From Eledone cirrhosa (taxonomy: Eukaryota): DNA of 64,000 nucleotides. Below, one piece after another: positions 1 through 13,306 of this stretch (positions are counted from its first letter, which is position 1; each line of letters begins with the position of its first letter). The translations under genes and the position numbers were made by a program. The notes below the pieces were generated by a model. It was not told the DNA's origin, searched no databases, and saw only the letters and a program-made list of their open reading frames with translations. The stretch covers positions 248,001 to 312,000 of the forward strand of contig OZ024763.1 of the NCBI GenBank assembly GCA_964016885.1, given 5' to 3'.

Positions 1-87
1 AGAGAGAGAGAGAATGTGTGTGAGAGTGATGTGTATGTGAGAGAGAGAGAGAGAATGTGTGTGTGAGAGAGAGAGACAGAGAGAGAA

Positions 88-118
<31 letters not shown>

Positions 119-340
119 ATGTGTATGTGAGAGAGTGAGAGAGAGAGAGAGAGAGAGAGAATGTGTGTGTGAGAGAGAGAGAGAGCGAGAGAGAATGTGT
201 GAGAGAGTGATGTGTATGTGAGAGAGAGAGAGAGAGAGAATGTGTGTGAGAGAGAGAGAGAGAGCGAGAGAGAATGTATGTGAGAGTGAGAGAGTGAGGG
301 AAATGATAGGACAGAGACAGAGAGAGAGAGAGAGAGAGAG
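1..340. repeat. (GA)n/(GT)n compound microsatellite
   Basis: Alternating gaga and gtgt runs joined by 'gaatgtgt'. Confidence 0.95.
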
Positions 341-685
341 GAATGAAGTATATGGCAGTGGTGGTGGCAGTGGTAGGTAGGTAGGTAGGGAGGGAGGTAG
401 GGATGGGGGGGTAGCTAGCTAGGTAGCTAGGTGGGTATGGAGGTATGGAGGTGGGTAGGGGTAGGGAGGGAGGGAGGTACGGATGGGGGGGGGGGTAGGT
501 AGGGAGGGAGGAGGGGATTATAAGCCACCATCTTGTTTAAATGACCAATTTTCTTGTATTGGAACTGAGTAATTATTTCTTCAAGAAGATAAAGTGGAAC
601 TCTTCTGTTTCGTGTGTTTAGTTAAATGGTATTTCATTTTATTCTGGCATATTGAGATAATCAGCAGCAGCAGCATTATATTTAT

Positions 686-1180
686 AACCATCATCATCAC
701 CATCACCACCATCATCACCACCACCATCATCATCACCACCACCATCATCATCACCACCACCACCATCATCATCACCACCATCATCATCATCATCATCACC
801 ACCACCATCATCACCATCATCATCATCATCATCACCATCATCCTCACCACCATCATCATCATCACCATCATCACCATCACCATCATCACCATCATCACCA
901 CCACCACCATCATCACCACCACCACCATCATCACCACCACCACCATCATCATCACCATCGTCACCATCATCATCACCATCACCCTCATCATCAACATCAT
1001 CACCATCACCATCATCACCATCATCCTCACCACCATCATCATCATCACCACCATCACCATCACCACCATCATCCTCACCCCCACCACCATCATCACCATC
1101 ACCATCACCATCATCATCACCATCATCATCATCACCACCACCATCATCACTACCATCATCATAAACCTCCTCATCATCAT
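686..1180. repeat. (CAT/CAC)n trinucleotide array, probably an expanded retroposon tail
   Basis: Almost pure cat/cac triplets. Followed by 'ttaatggctgctgtccctgctcgcaagggttggac', which resembles the reverse complement of the SINE/RTE 3' terminus seen elsewhere. Confidence 0.9.
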
Positions 1181-1619
1181 TTAATGGCTGCTGTCCCTGC
1201 TCGCAAGGGTTGGACAGATCTACCCAGACCAAGCCAGAACTGAAGCAGCGCTACTGAAATCCCTGACAGTCCGAGGATCTGTGTCTAACTTCCGTACAGT
1301 CTCACACTGTTCCAGGCTCAGTTACCCACTCTGTATATATACAGAGTGGGTAACTTTATAGTATTTCATGGTGGAATCATTTCTGTTGTATATCGTACAG
1401 TGACCATACTCGATAACGAGGGGGCAGCTATCATATATGTGTGTGTGTGTGTGTGTGTGTAAGTTATTCCGGGTTGAATCGGAGATAACCACAGTAAGTA
1501 AGGTACTCAATACATAGCAGAGTATAAAAGTTTTAATATAGAAGAGCTTCTACAGGACTAGAACTGTTTCATATGGAACTCTTCTGTACCTCCATATATA
1601 TATATATATGTATCTCTAT

Positions 1620-1885
1620 CTAAGGCGGGTAAAATTCCCGAGATCCATGGACGAGTTCTCTCCAGCGGTCTCTGTCCCTCATTATCGCTGCCATATTCTG
1701 CGTCTCCAACAGACCAGTGTCTGTCCTTAGGGCATCAACATATGTTAACCTTGGTCTTCCTCTTCTAGTGTGTCCATGTAGGGGCTCCCAAAGGAGCACT
1801 GAGTGCAATGTCAACTCTGGATGTCGGTGAGCATGTCCAGCCAACCTCAGTCTCCTCTGTGTCACTTTTGAGCTGACTTTTGGGA
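1620..1885 (-). mobile_element. Non-LTR retrotransposon (RTE-like) ORF C-terminal fragment
   Basis: Translation [18 protein letters not shown]...[28 protein letters not shown]...MRDRDRWR matches the typical post-RT C-terminus (RLRxxGH, RGRP, DRxxWR). Truncated at a (TA)n tract. Confidence 0.85.
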
Positions 1886-1892
1886 TATATAT

Positions 1893-2063
<171 letters not shown>

Positions 2064-2182
2064 TGAAAAACAAGGGAAGAGGAATACTGCGTGGTTGCAC
2101 ATGGGTTACATGTTATAAAATTAGTCCCTCGTCAGTGATTTGCCAACCATCATTGGTATTTCATTATATATATATATATATA

Positions 2183-2506
2183 TGTGGAGGCAAATGGCTT
2201 AGTGGTTAGAGCATTGGCCTTGCAATCGAAAGGTTGTGAGTTCAATTCTCAGACCGGGTGATGTGTTGTTTCCTTGAGCAAGACACTTTATTTCACATTG
2301 CTCCAGTTTACTCAGCTGTAGAAATGAGATGATAGGGACTGGGTCCCTATCATTCCATTGCAAAGTGGTCGTGGAGGTGCCACGGCAGAAAAGCACCCAG
2401 CACTCACTGTAAATGAGGTTGGTGTTAGGAAGGGCATCCAGCTGTAGAAATCAAGCAAGAATCAGTTCCCGTCCCACCCTTGCAAGCAGGGAAAAGCTGA
2501 CATAAA

Positions 2507-2540
<34 letters not shown>
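2183..2540 (+). mobile_element. tRNA-derived CORE-like SINE (family A), full length
   Basis: A box TGGCTTAGTGG, B box GAGTTCAATTC, MIR-core-like 'ccttgagcaagacactt...ccagtttactcagctgtagaaatgag', RTE-like 3' end and (TGA)n tail. Confidence 0.9.
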
Positions 2541-2578
<38 letters not shown>

Positions 2579-2719
2579 CTCACACTGTTCCAGGCTCAGT
2601 TACCCACTCTGTATATATACAGATGTAACTTTATAGTATTTCATGGTTGAATAATTTCTGTTGTATATCCCTAGTTTCTTTTCTTTTCTTCTGTCAGATA
2701 CACCTCATTGAACATGCTA

Positions 2720-3465
2720 TAGTTGTTCTTGTTGTTGTTGTTAATCTGTTAATGGTCTTCTTGTTGTTATTTATGTTGTTACTGTTGTTGTTGTTACTGC
2801 TGTTGTTGTTACTGTTGTTGTTGTTGTTACTGCTGCTGTTGTTATAGTTGTTATTGTTGTTACTGTTGTTGTTGTTGTTACTGCTGCTGCTGTTGTTATT
2901 GTTGTTACTGTTGTTGATGTTACTGCTGCTGTTGTTATAGTTGTTATTGTTGTTACTGTTGTTGTTGTTGTTACTGCTGCTGCTGTTATAGTTGTTATTG
3001 TTGTTACTGTTGTTGTTGTTACTGTTGTTGTTGTTACTGCTGTTGTTGTTATAGTTGTTATTGTTGTTACTGTTGTTGTTGTTGTTGTTGTTACTGCTGC
3101 TGTTGTTGTTGTTGTTGTTGTTGTTACTGTTGTTGTTGTTGTTACTGCTGCTGTTGTTACTGTTGTTGTTACTGCTGCTGTTGTTATAGTTGTTATTGTT
3201 GTTACTGCTGTTGTTGTTACTGTTGTTGTTGTTACTGCTGCTGTTGTTATAGTTGTTATTGTTGTTACTGTTGTTGTTGTTGTTACTGCTACTGTTGTTG
3301 TTGTTATAGTTGTTATTGTTGTTACTGCTGTTGTTGTTGTTACTGTTGTTGTTACTGTTGTTGTTACTGTTGCTGTTACTGTTGTTGTTGTTACTGTTGC
3401 TGTTACTGTTGTTGTTGTTACTGTTGTTGTTGTTACTGTTGTTGTTACTGTTGTTGTAGTTGTTA
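2720..3465. repeat. (GTT/GCT/ACT)n trinucleotide array
   Basis: Seen directly in the sequence. Confidence 0.95.
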
Positions 3466-3554
3466 AGTATTGTAGTTCTCCTCAACTCTGGTCATAAAAC
3501 CTGTTATACTGAAAATAACCAAATCACTGTAGTCATTAAAAAGAAATATAATGG

Positions 3555-4125
3555 CACACACAGACACACACACACACACACAAGACACACACACACACAG
3601 ACACACACATATACATATATACATTTATATATATATATATATACACACATACATATATATATATACACACACGCATATATATACACACACACTTATACAT
3701 ATATACATTTATATATATATATATATATATACACACACATACATATATATATATACACACACACATGCATATATATACACACATATACATATATACATTT
3801 ATATATACACACACACATACATATATATATACACACACACACACATGCATATATATACACACATATACATATATACATTTATATATATATATACACACAC
3901 ATACATATATATATATACACACACACACACATGCATATATATACACACATATACATATATACATTTATATATATATATACACACACACATATATATACAC
4001 ACACACATATACATATATACATTTATATATATATATATACACACACATACATATATATATACACACGCACACACATGCATATAAATACACACATATACAC
4101 ACACACACACACATATATATATATA
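3555..4125. repeat. (CA)/(TA) compound microsatellite with a recurring ~60-70 bp higher-order unit
   Basis: Recurring 'catatacatatatacatttatata' and 'catgcatata' anchors. Confidence 0.9.
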
Positions 4126-4397
4126 GTTTAGGGATTGTAAAGTCAAGTTTCTGTAAGTTTACCAAAGTGAGCAACTCGTTACATAGTCTCCAGTATGTAG
4201 TTTGTTGTTGTACTAAGCAGAGTGTAATAATAATAATAATAATTATTATTATTATTATTTATTTATTTATTTTTATTTTTATTTATTTTTATTTTTATTT
4301 ATTTATTTTTTTATTATTTTTTTTTCATTTATTTATTTATTTTATTTTAATAATAATAATAATGATTTCTTTATTTATTCATTATTTCTTTATTTAT

Positions 4398-4429
<32 letters not shown>

Positions 4430-4431
4430 TC

Positions 4432-4672
4432 TTTCTTTATTAACCACAAGGGTTTACATAAAGTAGACATTAAGGACAGTACAGGACAATACAGGACGGT
4501 AGAAATGGGCATTTCTGCATGTAAAAAAAACAGAGGATGTAATAAAAAATAACAATGAAAAATTCCCCAATAGGGGGGAGACTTCCGAGGGACATTTGTG
4601 TAGAAAGCCCATTAAAAGGCCACAGTGTAATAATAATAATAATGATTTCTTTATTAACCACAAGGGTTTACA
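4432..4672 (-). mobile_element. 3' UTR fragments of an L1/Tx1-like LINE
   Basis: 'ttctttattaaccacaaggg...ccccaatagggggg' matches the 3' ends at 11183, 11629 and 11995. The terminus is repeated at about 4645. Confidence 0.65.
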
Positions 4673-5580
4673 TAAATAAATAAAAATAAAAATAAATAAT
4701 AATAATAATAATAATTTATTTATTTTTATTTATTTATTTTTTTATTATTTTTTTTTATTTTTTTTTTCATTTATTTATTTATTTTATTTTAATAATACTA
4801 ATAATGATTTCTTTATTTATTCATTATTTATTTATTTATTTATTTATTATATAATAATAATAATAATGATAATATGGACGCGCTGTTAAATTTCCATTAC
4901 ATTTATTGAGGTGTGACGTGTGTTTCACACTTGATCAGCTCAAGGTAACATCTGTATCGATTGCCCCCCCCCCCTCCCTCCCCACCCCGACTCTGGAATC
5001 AAAAGCTCATCAGACTTCTATTAGCGCAGTGACACCAAACATTTGTCTCAGAACTGATCTTTAACTAAGCAGGTGTACCAACATCAAACATTTGTCCCAG
5101 AACCACAGTGTTATCATGACTATAAAAAAAAATGACCTGATCTCTGACCTTGAAGAGATAAGATAATTCCTTTGTCAATGACAGGGCGCCATGTTTATAA
5201 ATTTACTGCCTGACATTCATAGTTTAAACCCATTTATTTACATATATATATATCTGAAATGTCTGCTCAAATTGAGGTGCGTTTTATTAGCCCATGCGGC
5301 TTCCAAAGTCCAAAATCTAGGGCCTCCAACTCTTGTTCGAGGAACCCCACCTTGGTTGATCTCCCTTCAATCCTTCCCAGAAATATGGGGTTGAAGAAAA
5401 AGATGAAGATTCATGATAGGTATCCTTAGAGCTTAGAATGTCTACTGAATTCACTCATAAAGCTTTGTATTTTTTGTGGGGTGGGATGCAGTTACCTTTT
5501 AGTTTTAGGATATAATTACATAAAAATAATTGTGCAGTATCTCATTAAAAAAAGTAACAACACACTTTTAATCCTTTATC

Positions 5581-6372
5581 ATTTACATTACTCTATATAT
5601 ACTATTGTATTTTCACAGTAAAGTCTTTACCTCACATAATATCTCACATAACATTTACATTACTCTATATATACTGTTGTATTTTCACAGTAAAGGCTTT
5701 ACCTCACATAATATCTCACATAACATTTACATTACTCTATATATACTATAGTATTTTCACAGTAAAGGCTTTACCTCACATAATATCTCACATAACATTT
5801 ACATTACTCTATATATACTATTGTAGTTTCACAGTAAAGGCTTTACCTCACATAATATCTCACATAACATTTACATTACTCTATATTTACTATTGTATTG
5901 TCACAGTAAAGTCTTTACCTCACATAATATCTCACATAACATTTACATTACTCTATATATACTGTTGTATTTTCACAGTAAAGTCTTTACCTCACATAAT
6001 ATCTCACATAACATTTACATTACTCTATATATACTGTTGTATTTTCACAGTAAAGGCTTTACCTCACATAATATCTCACATAACCTTTACATTACTCTAT
6101 ATATACTATTGTAGTTTCACAGTAAAGGCTTTACCTCACATAATATCTCACATAACCTTTACATTACTCTATATATACTATTGTAGTTTCACAGTAAAGG
6201 CTTTACCTCACATAATATCTCACATAACCTTTACATTACTCTATATATACTATTGTAGTTTCACAGTAAAGGCTTTACCTCACATAATATCTCACATAAC
6301 ATTTACATTACTCTATATATACTATTGTATTGTCACAGTAAAGGCTTTACCTCACATAATATCTCACATAAT
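5581..6372. repeat. 72-bp minisatellite, about 11 copies (inside MITE)
   Basis: 'atttacattactctatatatac...atctcacataac' recurs in phase at 5581, 5941 and 6301. Confidence 0.95.
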
Positions 6373-6438
6373 ATCAAATCTATGAGATTTTGATATTATT
6401 TATTTTGAGAACAATACCTTAATGTCAGTATGAGTAGC

Positions 6439-8335
6439 CAGTTACAGCCGGTTTAAGCTGAAGTAGTTGAGAGAGTTCTTGCCAGATATAACCAGTTACA
6501 GCTGGTTTCATCAGAAAGGGGTGAAATAATTCTGACCAGCTACAGCCAGTTACAGCCGGTTTGAACAGAAAGAGGTGACAGAATTCTGGACGTATACAGC
6601 CAGTTACAGCCGGTTTGAACAGAAACATGTGACAGAATTCTGGACGTATACAGCCAGTTACAGCCGGTTTGAACAGAAACATGTGACAGAATTCTGGACG
6701 TATACAGCCAGTTACAGCCGGTTTGAATAGAAACGTGTGACAGAATTCTGGACGTATACAGCCAGTTACAGCCAGTTTGAACAGAAACATGTGACAGAAT
6801 TCTGGACGTATACAGCCAGTTACAGCCGGTTTGAATAGAAAGAGGTGACAGAATTCTGGACGTATACAGCCAGTTACAGCCGGTTTGAACAGAAAGAGGT
6901 GACAGAATTCTGGACGTATACAACCAGTTACAGCCGGTTTGAACAGAAACATGTGACAGAATTCTGGACGTATACAGCCAGTTACAGCCGGTTTGAACAG
7001 AAACATGTGACAGAATTCTGGACGTATACAGCCAGTTACAGCCGGTTTGAACAGAAACATGTGACAGAATTCTGGACGTATACAGCCAGTTACAGCCGGT
7101 TTGAACAGAAACATGTGACAGAATTCTGGATGTATACAGCCAGTTACAGCCGGTTTGAACAGAAAGTGGTGACAGAATTCTGGACGTATACAACCAGTTA
7201 CAGCCGGTTTGAACAGAAAGTGGTGACAGAATTCTGGACGTATACAGCCAGTTACAGCCGGTTTGAACAGAAAGTGGTGACAGAATTCTGGACGTATACA
7301 ACCAGTTACAGCCGGTTTGAACAGAAAGTGGTGACAGAATTCTGGACGTATACAGCCAGTTACAGCCGGTTTGAACAGAAAGTGATGACAGAATTCTGGA
7401 CGTATACAACCAGTTACAGCCGGTTTGAACAGAAAGTGGTGACAGAATTCTGGACGTATACAGCCAGTTACAGCCAGTTTGAACAGAAATATGTGACAGA
7501 ATTCTGGACGTATACAGCCAGTTACAGCCGGTTTGAACAGAAAGAGGTGACAGAATTCTGGACGTATACAGCCAGTTACAGCCGGTTTGAACAGAAACAT
7601 GTGACAGAATTCTGGACGTATACAGCCAGTTACAGCCGGTTTGAACAGAAAGTGGTGACAGAATTCTGGACGTATACAGCCAGTTACAGCCGGTTTGAAC
7701 AGAAAGTGGTGACAGAATTCTGGACGTATACAGCCAGTTACAGCCAGTTTGAACAGAAAGTGGTGACAGAATTCTGGACGTATACAACCAGTTACAGCCG
7801 GTTTGAACAGAAAGTCGTGACAGAATTCTGGACGTATACAGCCAGTTACAGCCGGTTTGAACAGAAAGTGGTGACAGAATTCTGGACGTATACAACCAGT
7901 TACAGCCGGTTTGAACAGAAACATGTGACAGAATTCTGGACGTATACAGCCACTTACAGCCAGTTTGAACAGAAACATGTGACAGAATTCTGGACGTATA
8001 CAGCCAGTTACAGCCGGTTTGAACAGAAAGTGGTGACAGAATTCTGGACGTATACAGCCAGTTACAGCCGGTTTGAACAGAAACATGTGACAGAATTCTG
8101 GACGTATACAGCCAGTTACAGCCGGTTTGAACAGAAACATGTGACAAAATTCTGGACGTATACAGCCAGTTACAGCCAGTTTGAACAGAAACATGTGACA
8201 GAATTCTGGACGTATACTGCCAGTTACAGCCGGTTTGAAAAGAAAGGGGTGAGAGAAATCTGGTCGGATAGAGCCAGTTACAGCCAGTTTGAAAAGAAAG
8301 GGGTGAGAGAATTCTGGTCGGAAAGAGCCAGTTTA
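6439..8335. repeat. 54-bp minisatellite, about 35 copies (inside MITE)
   Basis: 'cagttacagccggtttgaacagaaa.....gacagaattctggacgtatacagc' in phase at 6601, 7141, 7681 and 8221. Edge units are more diverged. Confidence 0.95.
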
Positions 8336-9041
8336 AATGCTAAAGGGTTAAGGGGACAGACAAAAAAAGGAAAAAATAAAAAGGAGAATTAGAAAAAGGG
8401 CCAGCTGATGGTGCAGGGTAGTGGGATAGATTGAACCTGAAAATCACATAGTTCTTAAGCAAGTTTCTTAACAACACAGCCATGGTCTCTATCTGTAATA
8501 TAAATGAAACAAACATACACTAACAAGAACAAAACAAATATGAAAGCAATTAAATTTGTTTTGTTCTTATCAGATAGCTCCAGATAAACACTTTTATCTC
8601 TAAATATCTAAATATCTCCTCTGAAACTGGTCTTGTTTTATATATTAATATATATATATATGTGTGTATGGTGTATGTGTGTGTGAGTGTGTGTGTGTGT
8701 ATATATATATGTGTGTGTGTGTATATATATATATATGGGTGTGGGTGGGTGTATATATATATGTGGGCGTAAATATGTGTGTGTGTGTATATGGGTGTGG
8801 GTGGGTGTATATATATATGTGGGCGTGAATATGTGTATATATGTGTGTGCTGGTGGATGGGTGTGTGTGGGTGTGTGTGTATACATATGCACACACATAT
8901 ATGTATGTGTACGTATATATATATATATATACTATATAATACTCATATATATATATACACACATCCTTATATATGTATGTGTACGTATATATATATATAT
9001 ATACTATATAATACTCATATATATATACACACATCCTTATA

Positions 9042-9095
<54 letters not shown>

Positions 9096-9099
9096 AATT

Positions 9100-9144
<45 letters not shown>

Positions 9145-9327
9145 ATAAATATACATATACACACACCTATATATGTGTATATAAATATATATATACACAC
9201 ACACGCACACACACATATATATATATTTGTCTGTGTGTATATAAAATATAATATGTCTGATGTCCAAGTGATATTATTTCAAACTTTATTACCTATACAT
9301 CATAATATATATCTCATTATAGTACAG

Positions 9328-9373
<46 letters not shown>

Positions 9374-9714
9374 GTACAAATATACATACATTTATCATAC
9401 ATACACACATAGATTTATACATATATACACATATACATATGTATATATATTCGTACAAATATACATACATTTATCATACATACACGCATACATACATAGA
9501 TTTATACATATATACACATATACATATGCGCACATACCTGCATATATACATATGTATATAACATACATATATACACACATATATATATATATATATCTGT
9601 TTATATCATTCTGATCAAATGATAAGTTACAATGTCAGTTTTATTGGTATTTTACAAATATCTTCTCAGTGTCATCTTGATATATCTGGTAGAGATAGAT
9701 AGATTAATGGTGGT

Positions 9715-10144
9715 GATAGGTAGGTAGGTGGGTGAGTGGGTGGGTGAGTGGGTGTTGGGTGGGTGGGTAGGTAGGTAGGTTGGTAGGTAGGTAGGGAGGT
9801 AGGTTGGTAGCTAGGTGGGTGGGTGGGCTGGGTGGGTGGGAGGGAGGTAGGTAGGTAGGGAGGTAGGTAGGTAGGTAGGTGGGTGGGTAGGTAGGTAGGT
9901 AGGTTGGTAGGGAGGTAGGGAGGGAGGGAGGGAGGGAGGTAGGGAGGGAGGGAGGTAGGTTGGTAGGGAGGGAGGGAGGGAGGTAGGTAGGTAGGTAGGT
10001 GGGTGGGTGGGTGGGTAGGTAGGTAGGTAGGTAGGTAGGTAGGTGGGTGGGTGGGTAGGTAGGTAGGTAGGTAGGTAGGGAGGTAGGTTGGTAGCTAGGT
10101 GGGTGGGTGGGTGGGAGGGAGGTAGGTAGGTAGGTAGGTAGGTA
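9715..10144. repeat. (GGTA/GGGT/GGGA)n tetranucleotide array
   Basis: Seen directly in the sequence. Confidence 0.95.
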
Positions 10145-10940
10145 ACTTTCTTTTTATTTGCCACCAGGGCATCAAAAAGTGGGACAAGTACAATGGGGGA
10201 GTTTACACGAAAAGGCGTCCTCAATATGGAGGAGGCAATAACAAAATATAAAAATAATATATAAAATATAACAAAAATAAATTTAATAACAAAATCCTCA
10301 ATAGGGAGGAGGCGCCTTGGGGGGTCGCACACACCCCCGAAAAAAGTGTGCAACCCTTCTCCTCAGGAGCACAGAGAGAGGGTGCTCCCTTGATCTTTCA
10401 TCTTCTTCACCTATAGTCTGATGTAGAGTGAAGGCCCATTCACACGGGCCATTCTCGCCACTTTCACCCATCTTTCATAAAAACGGCTGGGGTGCAGCAC
10501 CTCTCTCTCCATCCTGATCCTTCTTCCGAAATGATATTGGAAGAAACGGACCAGTTGTTGGCCAGAGAGAAAGGTGTCTGACCTCAGTCCTTTCAGACGC
10601 GTCCACCATACAACCTCTTTCGCCATGGCTACTACGCACAGAAACACCGCCTCTGCTTCATCTTTGAAGAGGGGAGGCGGCTTGATCGTTACAATAGACT
10701 CGATGGTCAACCGGATCGGTCCCACCCTTGACAGCAGTTGTTCGACATAGCGCCACAGATCGGCAATGCCCGAGCAGTGTACCAAAGCGTGTGCAACGGT
10801 TTCCTCGTCGCACACGCACCTGGGACAGATCTTTTTCGAAGGGTCCCTACCGGGGCACCCGTGTCTGTAGAGCCTTTCTCGAACGGGCAGAGCCCCTCGG
10901 TAGCACTACCAGGCCAGGGACCTCTGGAAGTTATCCATGG
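10145..10940 (-). mobile_element. L1/Tx1-clade LINE 3' fragment (C-terminal zinc-binding region plus 3' UTR)
   Basis: Translation CPRCVCDEETVAHALVHC...LW is the CxxC-ETxxHxxxxC motif of L1/Tx1 ORF2. The 3' UTR ends with AATAAA. Confidence 0.85.
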
Positions 10941-10961
10941 ATAGATAGATAGATAGATAGA

Positions 10962-11155
10962 TAATTGTTTCTACTTTAGGCACAAGGCCAGCAATTACCC
11001 CAGTGCATTACTGGTACTTTATTTTATCGACCCCGTAAGGATGAAAGGCAAAGTTAACCTTGGCGGGATTTGAACTCAGAATGGCAAGGGCTGTAATTCC
11101 ATGCGTCAAAGCATAGCGTCCGACCATCTACCGGTACTGCCAATCCACTGCCCTA
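10962..11155 (-). mobile_element. tRNA-derived SINE family B
   Basis: Reverse complement of 19860-20048. Confidence 0.85.
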
Positions 11156-11182
11156 AATATAGGTAGATAGATAGATAGATAT

Positions 11183-11543
11183 GTTTCTTTATTAGCCACA
11201 GGGGCACAAAAGAAGTGGACAAATACAAAGGGGGAAGTTTACATACAATAAAAACGTGTAAAATATTATCACAAATGTAATTTAAAAATCAATCGATTTT
11301 CCCCAATAGGGGGAGACAGTTCATATGGGTAGCACATACCCCCAAAAAAATTGTGCAACCCTCATCTCCAGGAGTACGAAGAATTTGTACCCCTTTCCTC
11401 TCTTCCTCTTTTTCCTCAACCTACAGGTTGATATAGAGAGAAGGCCCATTCACTTGGGCCATTCTCGCCACTTTCACCCACCTTTCATAAAACTTGCTGG
11501 GGTACAGCACCTCTCTCTCTCCATCCTGACTCTTCTTCCTAGG
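11183..11543 (-). mobile_element. L1/Tx1-like LINE 3' fragment
   Basis: Encodes EREVLYPSKFYERWVKVARMAQVNGPSLYINL, homologous to the end of ORF 10411-10815. Confidence 0.85.
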
Positions 11544-11628
11544 TAGATAGATAGATAGATATAGGTAGGTATATAGATAGATAGATAAATAGATAGGTAG
11601 ATAGAAAGATAGGTAGATAGGTAGATAG

Positions 11629-11985
11629 ATTTCTTTATTAGCCACAAGGGCACACAAGAAAAGGGGACAATACAAAGACATGCCAGGGATTTTACATAGA
11701 GTTGTGTAAAAAATATAAAACAAACAATTACAACAATCGAAATCCCCAATAGGGGGGAGGGGCCACAAATGGGTTGTTTAATACCCCGTCGATAGAACAA
11801 CCCTCAACTCCAGGAGCGTGTTGTGCAAGTGCTCCTTTCTTCCTTTTGCTCTCTTCTTTAACCTACAGGCTTATAAACAGAGAAGGCCCATTCACTCAGG
11901 CCATTTTTTCCACATTTACCCACCTTTCAGTAAATTTACTGGGGTGCAGTGCCTCTCTCTACACTCTGATTCTCTTTCTAAAGTG
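11629..11985 (-). mobile_element. L1/Tx1-like LINE 3' fragment
   Basis: Same 3' UTR and 'gaaggcccattcac' coding end as the neighbouring copies. Confidence 0.8.
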
Positions 11986-11994
11986 ATAGATAAA

Positions 11995-12200
11995 TTTATT
12001 TATTAGCCACAAGGGCACAAAAGAAGGGGACAAATTCAAATGGGGAGTTTACATACAGGTATATGAAAATAAAACTATTTATACAATAACAAATAACAAT
12101 TGAAATCCCCAATAGGGGGGAGGTGCTACACTGGGGTTGTACACACCCCGAAAAAATGTACAACCCTCATCTCCAGGAGCACCAAGAGTGAGTACTCCCT
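11995..12200 (-). mobile_element. L1/Tx1-like LINE 3' UTR fragment
   Basis: 'tattagccacaagggcacaaaagaaggggacaa...ccccaatagggggg...caaccctcatctccaggag'. Confidence 0.8.
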
Positions 12201-12476
12201 AGATAGGTAGGTAGGTAGATAAGTAGATAGATGGATGAATAGATAGAGTAATAGTGGTAATAGATAGATAGGTATGTAGGTATGAAGGTAGGGTTATGGT
12301 GGTGATAGATAGATAGGTAGATATGTAGGTAGGTAGATAAATAGATTTCTGGATGATTTCCTTTGAATGAAACAGTTCTAGTCCTGTAGAAGCCAGTTCT
12401 ATATTAAATCTTATATATATATATAAGACTGGAATTGAACCATCAGCACAGTTGAGGTATGTCATACATCAATTTA

Positions 12477-12546
12477 TATATTTTATCTGATGAGGACGTA
12501 CTGAAAAAACAACACAGTACCTCTGAAATATATATAATAAAATATA
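12477..12546 (+). ncRNA. Minimal type-I hammerhead ribozyme motif
   Basis: tatattttat-CTGATGA-ggacgtactg/cagtacctct-GAA-atatatat-A-ataaaatata. 10-bp stem I, 9/10 paired stem II, palindromic stem III. Confidence 0.8.
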
Positions 12547-12589
12547 TTTTGATGATTTCGCGAATGTCTATATTTATGAATATTTTGAA

Positions 12590-12651
<62 letters not shown>

Positions 12652-12737
12652 ATAATAAATGTGAAGACTAAAATCCAAAGAGGGCTCGATAAGGATTATA
12701 TATATATAAATATATATAAAAAAACGTAGAATATATA

Positions 12738-12930
12738 TTTATTAAAATAACAGATTAAAGTTTAAGCAAAGAATCGCTGCTTTCACCCTTAACGGGATCT
12801 TCTGAAACTAAAAAAAAATCAATCTGTGAACGCAGAAGTAAATATTTCAAAAAACGTTGCAACCGGAGGAAGACAGGAAGACGATACTTTCGTTCGTGAA
12901 GACGTTCCCTGGTAATGAATGGAAGAAAAT
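12738..12930 (-). repeat. Dispersed repeat, inverse of 33362-33551, with a degenerate hammerhead-like end
   Basis: Long reverse-complement match to 33362-33551. Contains CAGAAGA-tccc-gttaa-gggt-GAAA on the minus strand. Confidence 0.6.
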
Positions 12931-12971
12931 CAAGGATAATTATTATTACTATACACACACATATATATATA

Positions 12972-13306
12972 TGAAGGCACATGGCTTAGTGGTTAGAGCA
13001 TTGGCTTTGCAATCAAAAGGTTGTGAGTTCAATTCTCAGACCGGGTGATGTGTTTCCTTGAGCAAGACACTTTATTTCACATTGCTCCAGTTTACTCAGC
13101 TGTAGAAATGAGATGATAGGGACTGGGGTCCCTATCATTCCACTGCAAAGTGGTCGAGGAGGTGCCACGGCAAAAAAAGCACTCAGCACTCACTGTAAAT
13201 GCGGTTGGTGTTAGGAAGGGCATCCAGCTGTAGAAATCAAGCCAGAATCAGTTCCCGTCCCACCCTTGCAAGCAGGGAAAAAGCGGACGTAAAATGATGA
13301 TGATGA
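12972..13306 (+). mobile_element. CORE-like SINE family A
   Basis: Near-identical to 2183-2540. Confidence 0.9.

Larger units (their letters stand above)
5568..8351 (-). mobile_element. piggyBac-type MITE with two internal tandem expansions
   Basis: TTAA-tcctttatcattt ... aaatgctaaaggg-TTAA ends. The non-repeated middle (6370-6440) is the reverse complement of the middle of the 222-bp copy at 62277-62498. Confidence 0.85.

Noticed and set aside
581-1232. Asp/Gly-, Met/Val- or Ile/Thr-rich ORFs (and similar Asn, Thr, Glu/Lys and Ile/Tyr ORFs elsewhere)
   Set aside because: Simple-repeat translations open in multiple frames, with no complex flanking coding sequence.
2183-2258. tRNA gene at SINE heads
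   Set aside because: A and B boxes are present, but the sequence continues into SINE core and tail and is multicopy, so it is not a stand-alone tRNA.
6425-8392. 500-590 aa ORFs with Cys/His repeats resembling zinc-finger arrays
   Set aside because: Open in three frames on both strands because the 54-bp unit lacks stops. The spacing is not C2H2, and the array is MITE-derived.
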